DNA of 64,000 nucleotides from Nitrosopumilus sp. (GTDB taxonomy: Archaea; Thermoproteota; Nitrososphaeria; Nitrososphaerales; Nitrosopumilaceae). The stretch is from the NCBI GenBank assembly GCA_965207075.1, contig CBDBLO010000002.1, positions 2,016,001 to 2,080,000 on the forward strand, written 5' to 3'. The position numbers were made by a program, and so were the translations under genes. The notes beneath the pieces were generated by a model. The model saw only the letters and a program-made list of their open reading frames with translations, was not told the DNA's origin and ran no database searches. Shown piece by piece: positions 58,340 to 64,000 of this stretch. Every line of letters starts with the position of its first letter. The stretch's first letter is position 1.

Positions 58340-59452
58340 CTATACATAACATTCACCTGTAATCCATAACGAAAATAATTGAGCAAAAGACGGATTCCAC
58401 CTACTAATCATCTCTCTATCCATGATATAACCATCTGAGGGGACGTATGCAATACCAACTTTTTCATTGTTTTGAATACCCTCTTCATATGCCACTAGGA
58501 AGACCCCCAATGAAATCAGCTTGCTTGACAAAGCAGAAATTGCAACTTTACATTTACCCAAAGGGTAGAGCGAGCGTCTGTAGCCGTGGATTACTCGATG
58601 AATTGCACGATAAGCCTCAAAAGGGTTTTGTTCAGCGGCGTATATCATATTCCGGATCTCTATATCAGACTCTTCCACAAGAAATTTTCTATTTTCTAGC
58701 ATGAGATCGTCTCCACGTCTAGGATTCTGAGATGGAAACGGCAATACTGGGCATATCTCTTTAGCCGATACTTGATTTTTAATTCGTATCATCTGATCGT
58801 ATCTACCTTCTCCCAGCACTGGAATCCAGATCATTACCTCATCTTCACCAGAGGTAATGTCCAAGTCACCAGTGAAACCATGCAAGTATGATGCTTTATC
58901 TACCAAGCCAGATTTTCTAATGGCTTTATCTACAGAAGCATCCTCTGCAACTACAACATGGAGGTTTATGCGTGAAGTATCCTTCAAAATATGTAATGTC
59001 TTACCTATTAGTGGCATGTATACATCAAGGGGCATAGACGATATATCAATTATTATGTCTGAGTATTTTTCAAACTCTCCGAGATCTTTGAATATTTCAG
59101 CGGCTTTTCGGGAACCAATGCGGTATCCATCATCAGCTTTCATTGAAATATTTTTGATTTGAATAGTGCCTACAGCATTCACTAATTTTTCCAATCTAGA
59201 TTTATTTTGTTGAATCTCAACGTCATATTTGGTAGATGGAGAATTTTTGCCCTCATCAAATTGGATCAAAATAAAGTCACGAAGTCCATAGCTAGGATTT
59301 TTCATAATTGCTTCTGCGCACAAGCACATTCGTGGATCAAATCCTTGGCCTAAAACTATCAGAAGATTTCGCTTTTTTGCCAAATGTGTTTTCCAGAAGT
59401 CATCGAATGAATCATTCTTAAAAAGCAAGTAGTCCTCCCAGCGCAATGTCAT
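58340..59452 (-). CDS. Hypothetical protein of the five-gene operon
   Basis: GFDPR, IIDISSMP, WIPVLGE, PVLPFPS, LSSK; ATGA overlap with the ATPase stop. Confidence 0.85.
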   Translation of the reverse strand: MTLRWEDYLLFKNDSFDDFWKTHLAKKRNLLIVLGQGFDPRMCLCAEAIMKNPSYGLRDFILIQFDEGKNSPSTKYDVEIQQNKSRLEKLVNAVGTIQIKNISMKADDGYRIGSRKAAEIFKDLGEFEKYSDIIIDISSMPLDVYMPLIGKTLHILKDTSRINLHVVVAEDASVDKAIRKSGLVDKASYLHGFTGDLDITSGEDEVMIWIPVLGEGRYDQMIRIKNQVSAKEICPVLPFPSQNPRRGDDLMLENRKFLVEESDIEIRNMIYAAEQNPFEAYRAIHRVIHGYRRSLYPLGKCKVAISALSSKLISLGVFLVAYEEGIQNNEKVGIAYVPSDGYIMDREMISRWNPSFAQLFSLWITGECYV

Positions 59453-61338
59453 CCAACCTCTTTCATCTGAATTTTTGGAGACATGAGATCGAGCCAATTG
59501 CATAGCTCACTAGGGGTCTTTTTCCTCCAACCCCCTCTACCTAAAGGAAGACCAAAATGCACGCATAGCGATCGATTCAAGTAGAAAAGAATAAACTCGT
59601 TACCTATCTTTCCCTGCTTTGCATAATATTTAGCTTTAAGCAAGTTGTGGCTGAGACAGGTTTGTAAAACTTCAGATAATTGTTTGTATTTTCCTGTTGG
59701 TTGTAGTTGTTCTATGAATTTTCTGTAGTCTGAATTTGAGATTCCTATGCCAGTAACGCCGGGGACATATGGTGCGTTAGGCTTTATCGTCTGCTCTATT
59801 GCAAAGTCTCTAAATTTCGTAAGAAAGCTCATCGCTTGCATACCGTTATGTATTCCTGCTATTCGTTTCCAACGTGTACTTGCAATGTCCTTGATTATCC
59901 TTTCTTGTGTCCTTGGTGAAAGACTAGAATTTTTATCGTTTTTAATCATTTGTGATTCTAGTTCGTCAAGTAATGCAGAAGCCACCTCTAGAAATTGATC
60001 GATGTTGTACGTAGCTAATTTCGCGATATTTTGAAACCCAAAATAGTATGGAATATCATACTCATGATATAGGAAGAATTCTGCTACGGCATCAAGATTA
60101 CCGTCAGAATCAAGCTCGTCATCCAGGGGGATGTCAAAGAGCTTAGTCTGTGAATTAGCTTCTTCTCGTGCAATTTTTATCTCCAGCACACGCCAGCTAA
60201 TCAGATTATCAAGAGTTGGACTAGATCTGGAGCGCAGGTCTGCTATCCACTTGTTATAGATGTCTGTTCGCCCAGATACTGTCTCAAGCTTGGCTTTGAT
60301 ACTATCCAAACATTGTGTAAACGTGGGGGTCCACTCTGGTGCATCTATCACATCTACAAGATGCTGATCTAGTGAGTTCGTTTCAACGTCTAAGCTAGCC
60401 ATGCTGGTTCTTTGTCTAGATACTGATCTTACAAATTTTTCAAATGATCGCGGCCGAGATTCCCAAAACTCTTCAAGAAACACTCCGTCGTATTCTCTTC
60501 CAAGTATTTCTGGAATTAAATCTGGCGTCTCAAGTGCTTCTAACCTCTCCGCAAGCCATATGGAGATTGGAAATCGTCTTGGCACTATTGCACGAAGCAA
60601 TGCATTTCTCTGGGGTTTGCGCAGCTCGTGCATATCATCTAGCATAACTAATGTTTTGGACACTACACTCTTTCCATCAAGAAGAATATTTTTTGGAGCA
60701 ATAATTTGTAAATGTTCAAAATCAAGCATTAGTTGTACGTTATCATTCCAAGGAACATCGAAGCGATTTATTAATCTGTTTATTTCCAGTTCTCGTGTCA
60801 ATGCTTGTTCATAGAGCTCCTTCCCATTGCATGGGAGATTCAAAGAATTTACTACTGTGCCAATTGGTTTGGATATGCGTATTCGTTCTAGATCCTGAGT
60901 CTCCAGACCATTCAACTTTAATATTCCAAGCAAAGCTGTTATAATTAGCCTGTAACCAATAGATGAGAAAAGGTATTGCATCTTTCTTTCGTCAGGTATA
61001 TCCAAATCCAATATTGAGCCGTATTCAGACAATCTAAGATATACTCCTAGAAGCGCAGGCCCGTTATCATTCATAGCACCGTACTTCGTTAATATCTGGA
61101 AGAGATCTCTATACTGAGATTGGCGCTGAAATATTTCATGCAACGAGTCTGGACTAAATAACCTAAGTAGCGACGTCTTACCACCGCCAGGACTGCTTCT
61201 AAAGATTACTGTTTTATTTAAAAAATAATCGTCACGCAACACTTCTAAAATTCCCGAGCCAAATAATCTTAGAAATATCATTTGGTTTTCAATTGTCTCT
61301 GATGAGCGCATTGTAAATGGATTGCGAGGTGTTTTCAA
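59449..61338 (-). CDS. P-loop ATPase (ORC/CDC6- or STAND-like AAA)
   Basis: NPF at N-terminus, SSPGGGKTS Walker A, VMLDDMH Walker B. Confidence 0.8.
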   Translation of the reverse strand: MKTPRNPFTMRSSETIENQMIFLRLFGSGILEVLRDDYFLNKTVIFRSSPGGGKTSLLRLFSPDSLHEIFQRQSQYRDLFQILTKYGAMNDNGPALLGVYLRLSEYGSILDLDIPDERKMQYLFSSIGYRLIITALLGILKLNGLETQDLERIRISKPIGTVVNSLNLPCNGKELYEQALTRELEINRLINRFDVPWNDNVQLMLDFEHLQIIAPKNILLDGKSVVSKTLVMLDDMHELRKPQRNALLRAIVPRRFPISIWLAERLEALETPDLIPEILGREYDGVFLEEFWESRPRSFEKFVRSVSRQRTSMASLDVETNSLDQHLVDVIDAPEWTPTFTQCLDSIKAKLETVSGRTDIYNKWIADLRSRSSPTLDNLISWRVLEIKIAREEANSQTKLFDIPLDDELDSDGNLDAVAEFFLYHEYDIPYYFGFQNIAKLATYNIDQFLEVASALLDELESQMIKNDKNSSLSPRTQERIIKDIASTRWKRIAGIHNGMQAMSFLTKFRDFAIEQTIKPNAPYVPGVTGIGISNSDYRKFIEQLQPTGKYKQLSEVLQTCLSHNLLKAKYYAKQGKIGNEFILFYLNRSLCVHFGLPLGRGGWRKKTPSELCNWLDLMSPKIQMKEVG

Positions 61339-61339
61339 A

Positions 61340-62476
61340 TCAATCGCCTTTATATCGCTGTACTCTAGGAAACAATCCCGGTATACTCTTGCCTACATTT
61401 TCATACCACAATATAGTCATTGAGTTGTTTGGGCAGTTATGGCTCATAATTAATGGTAGGCCACATTCGTCAAACCCCAAATATGGTTTAGTATGTTTGC
61501 CATTTTTATACTGTGATGTTACAATATCTTTATACTGAAAATTGTTTTTTAATATATCTTCCATCTTGTCAAGTTCATCGGAGCTCAAATTCACAGAATC
61601 ATCTATTTCTTGTATGGCCCACACATTCACTTGTATAGATGTGTGTGCAACATGTTTGCGCACTTCATCTCTAATCCATTGTATGGCACGAGTAGTAGCA
61701 ACATACAGCACCACACATACTTTTAATTTTTTTATATCAATCGCTTTTGCAATAAAATTAAACTTGTCGTTATCATTAATAATCTGCTTAAGAAATTTTA
61801 TTATTTTGCCTGTTTTTATTATTTTACCTGTCGCATTTTCCTTTTCTTCGCGTATGCAGCTTTTACCACTCGCAGAAAAGTCGTCAATGAGAAAAACTAT
61901 TTCATATTTTTCATCCGCTGGTTTTTTAGTAAGATTTTTTATATCACAATCTAACTCTTCTTTAAGTTCATCTGCCTTTTCTTCGGTAATCAAATATGCA
62001 GGATATATTTGCTCATGCTTAAGAGACGCAGATAGTCTTCTGAACAGATCTAGTTTGGCACCGTCGCTCAACCCTAAAAACAAACATTTTCTTTGCATTA
62101 TTTCGAAATTTACATTATTTACAATTTTTTTAATAGCAAACCTTTCAATGTTATATTTCTCAGCTACAAGGTTAATGAGATATGGCCGTATTGTATCCAT
62201 GTACGTCATCTGGATCAGGTGTTCAAGTTCTTTTGTAGATATGAATACCAGATTTCGTTTGATATATTCATAAGCTGTGTTTTTCTCTTCGGCGCTTGGA
62301 AATCGCTCTAACCAGAGTACCAAATTCCCAATGAACCTCATTCCAGGGGCAAATTGTTGATATTCGTCATATTTATAATCCGCAAGCATTTGCAGATCGT
62401 ATCTTTCTGTCGTTAACTTACTAGGGGGCCAGTCAATTACCTTTGTAAGTAGCTTTCTTGTTAATGAATCTTTCAT
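61340..62476 (-). CDS. Phosphoribosyltransferase-like protein
   Basis: VFLIDDFSASGKS PRPP-binding-like loop; LGF...HNCPNNS. Confidence 0.78.
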   Translation of the reverse strand: MKDSLTRKLLTKVIDWPPSKLTTERYDLQMLADYKYDEYQQFAPGMRFIGNLVLWLERFPSAEEKNTAYEYIKRNLVFISTKELEHLIQMTYMDTIRPYLINLVAEKYNIERFAIKKIVNNVNFEIMQRKCLFLGLSDGAKLDLFRRLSASLKHEQIYPAYLITEEKADELKEELDCDIKNLTKKPADEKYEIVFLIDDFSASGKSCIREEKENATGKIIKTGKIIKFLKQIINDNDKFNFIAKAIDIKKLKVCVVLYVATTRAIQWIRDEVRKHVAHTSIQVNVWAIQEIDDSVNLSSDELDKMEDILKNNFQYKDIVTSQYKNGKHTKPYLGFDECGLPLIMSHNCPNNSMTILWYENVGKSIPGLFPRVQRYKGD

Positions 62477-63999
62477 TTTGTGCCTCCAGCAACATTCAGT
62501 GTGAGATACCCATCATAAAGCACAGCGTTTTTAAAATATTCCAGAACCCCACTTTCTCCATACAGTCCATACGGCAATGTATTCCAACAGCTGTCAGGGT
62601 TATTACTCGTTTCGCCTACGCTTAGGGAGAACTTCGTGCTTAGCAGCTCGAAATCATTGCCCGGATACTCTCCTTTGTCACCAACACACAGAACCTGTAA
62701 TTGTTGCGGTAACTTTCTCTGAATATGGTCGACTAGACTTAGTTTAGATACTTGGCACGGTATGATGTCAACGGAATGGATTGACTCTACTATCTTTACG
62801 TTTTTGTGTTCTTTGGCTATCATATACAGGGTATGAGCCAAGTCACTTGGAAGATGGTCATTCGTTTGAATTGAGATCTGTTTTGGTCGTCGTTCGATAG
62901 TACAATCATCAAGCACGGTTCTGTAATCCAGATGCGACATAAATCCCATTAATGCTTCGTCTATTGTCTCATCATCATCTAGCGTGAAGTCATCACTTAA
63001 ACCTCTTATAATGCCGCCATTGTAATACCCGATATGTACTCCCGATTGCCATTTTCTTGGGATTATTTTTTGCAATACTTTTCTCACAGATCTACCTCGT
63101 CCTGTCGCTATTCCTATGACAATGTTGTTGCTTAGGAGTGTTGTGATAAGAGATCCGATCTCTTTTGATGGATAATCAGATCTATGTTTGGAATCACATA
63201 CAGTACCGTCGTAGTCAAATACCACGGCACCAAACTTCTGTCCGGAAATATTTTTTGCAAATTTTCTGAACAATTTTAGCCGTGTCTTGGTTTCAGATAC
63301 GTCGGGATTCGCATGGCCAAACTTTCTGCAGATTGCCATCTTTTCGACGCTGCACCATGCGTCAGGAACAGCACGTGGCATTGTGAGATGATATATCTTT
63401 CTTCCAAATCTAGCAACGTGTGGTTTGCCAGGATCAATTCCCTTTGCAGTGCCGAAAAGATTTACCGCATGCAATACTTGAATAATAAGCGCTATTGATG
63501 CAGCAGGTCCCTCATAACCTGTATCAAATCTTGCTTGTGGCATGTATTCCGGAATAAGTGCAAGAGTCTTGCTTGCAAGCTTTCTGCAATTCGGGTTTAC
63601 AAAAGCAACTACGGATGTCTCATTTCTATTTTTGTCTAGCCAGTTATGCCTACCATGCGCAAAGTTGCGATAATCTGCAAGCTGCACACTACACAGGCCT
63701 GCTTCAACCAATTTTGACTCCAAGTCTACTGCAGCAGTTTTGCCCCAATTATCATAAAGGCACACTATCGTATTTCGACTGATAATATCTGTCAATCTTC
63801 TCTCAAGATCCTCTGGTTTCCACTCTCCACATAGTTCGTCCAGTTGTGGCATCTTGAAGGGCCACATGTGTGTCTTCATGTATGCTCTACATAACCAAAC
63901 CATGCTGGCTATCAATGAGTTTGTTGCAAGGAAGCCGTCCTTGCCTGTAGGAATGTCTATTGAATGCACCAAATCTAGACTACTGGCCTTTTTTACTAA
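62473..63999 (-). CDS. SIS (sugar isomerase) + HAD-IIB hydrolase fusion, 5' end outside window
   Basis: GFLATNS, LESKLVE, NFAHGRH (SIS/GlmS-like); FDYDGT, ATGR, SK, GD...ND (HAD); frame open to the window edge. Confidence 0.82.
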   Translation of the reverse strand, partial: LVKKASSLDLVHSIDIPTGKDGFLATNSLIASMVWLCRAYMKTHMWPFKMPQLDELCGEWKPEDLERRLTDIISRNTIVCLYDNWGKTAAVDLESKLVEAGLCSVQLADYRNFAHGRHNWLDKNRNETSVVAFVNPNCRKLASKTLALIPEYMPQARFDTGYEGPAASIALIIQVLHAVNLFGTAKGIDPGKPHVARFGRKIYHLTMPRAVPDAWCSVEKMAICRKFGHANPDVSETKTRLKLFRKFAKNISGQKFGAVVFDYDGTVCDSKHRSDYPSKEIGSLITTLLSNNIVIGIATGRGRSVRKVLQKIIPRKWQSGVHIGYYNGGIIRGLSDDFTLDDDETIDEALMGFMSHLDYRTVLDDCTIERRPKQISIQTNDHLPSDLAHTLYMIAKEHKNVKIVESIHSVDIIPCQVSKLSLVDHIQRKLPQQLQVLCVGDKGEYPGNDFELLSTKFSLSVGETSNNPDSCWNTLPYGLYGESGVLEYFKNAVLYDGYLTLNVAGGTK

Positions 64000-64000
64000 T

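Overview
GC-rich archaeal window from an ammonia-oxidising Nitrososphaerota (Thaumarchaeota, most likely Nitrosopumilaceae). The adjacent 4-hydroxybutyryl-CoA dehydratase and ADP-forming 4-hydroxybutyrate-CoA ligase genes, Sm protein plus rpl37e and archaeal tRNAs support this; the liv operon with expanded binding proteins suggests a host-associated (e.g. sponge) lineage, by inference only. Layout: (1) 1-~6 kb: tRNA-Ala(GGC), a truncated tyrosine integrase and a bacterial-looking flavin oxidoreductase/FeoB-like cargo. (2) 6.5-38.3 kb: mostly core genes, a liv-type ABC operon with a triple-domain binding protein between two tRNA-Leu genes, and an IS481-like element beside tRNA-Ala(CGC). (3) 38.4-64 kb: a large mobile/defence island with a TFB-like + ParB-like + integrase module, IS remnants, DUF3800 with a candidate convergent ncRNA, DprA, two co-varying 48-bp palindromes, an AbrB gene with an iteron-like array, a PLD-SNF2 helicase + type IIG RM enzyme + Mrr, an IS6-like MITE, and an AT-rich five-gene SIS-HAD/PRTase-like/ATPase/unknown/PfkB operon, the best candidate for an undescribed system. 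All calls are by eye from motifs; no searches were run.
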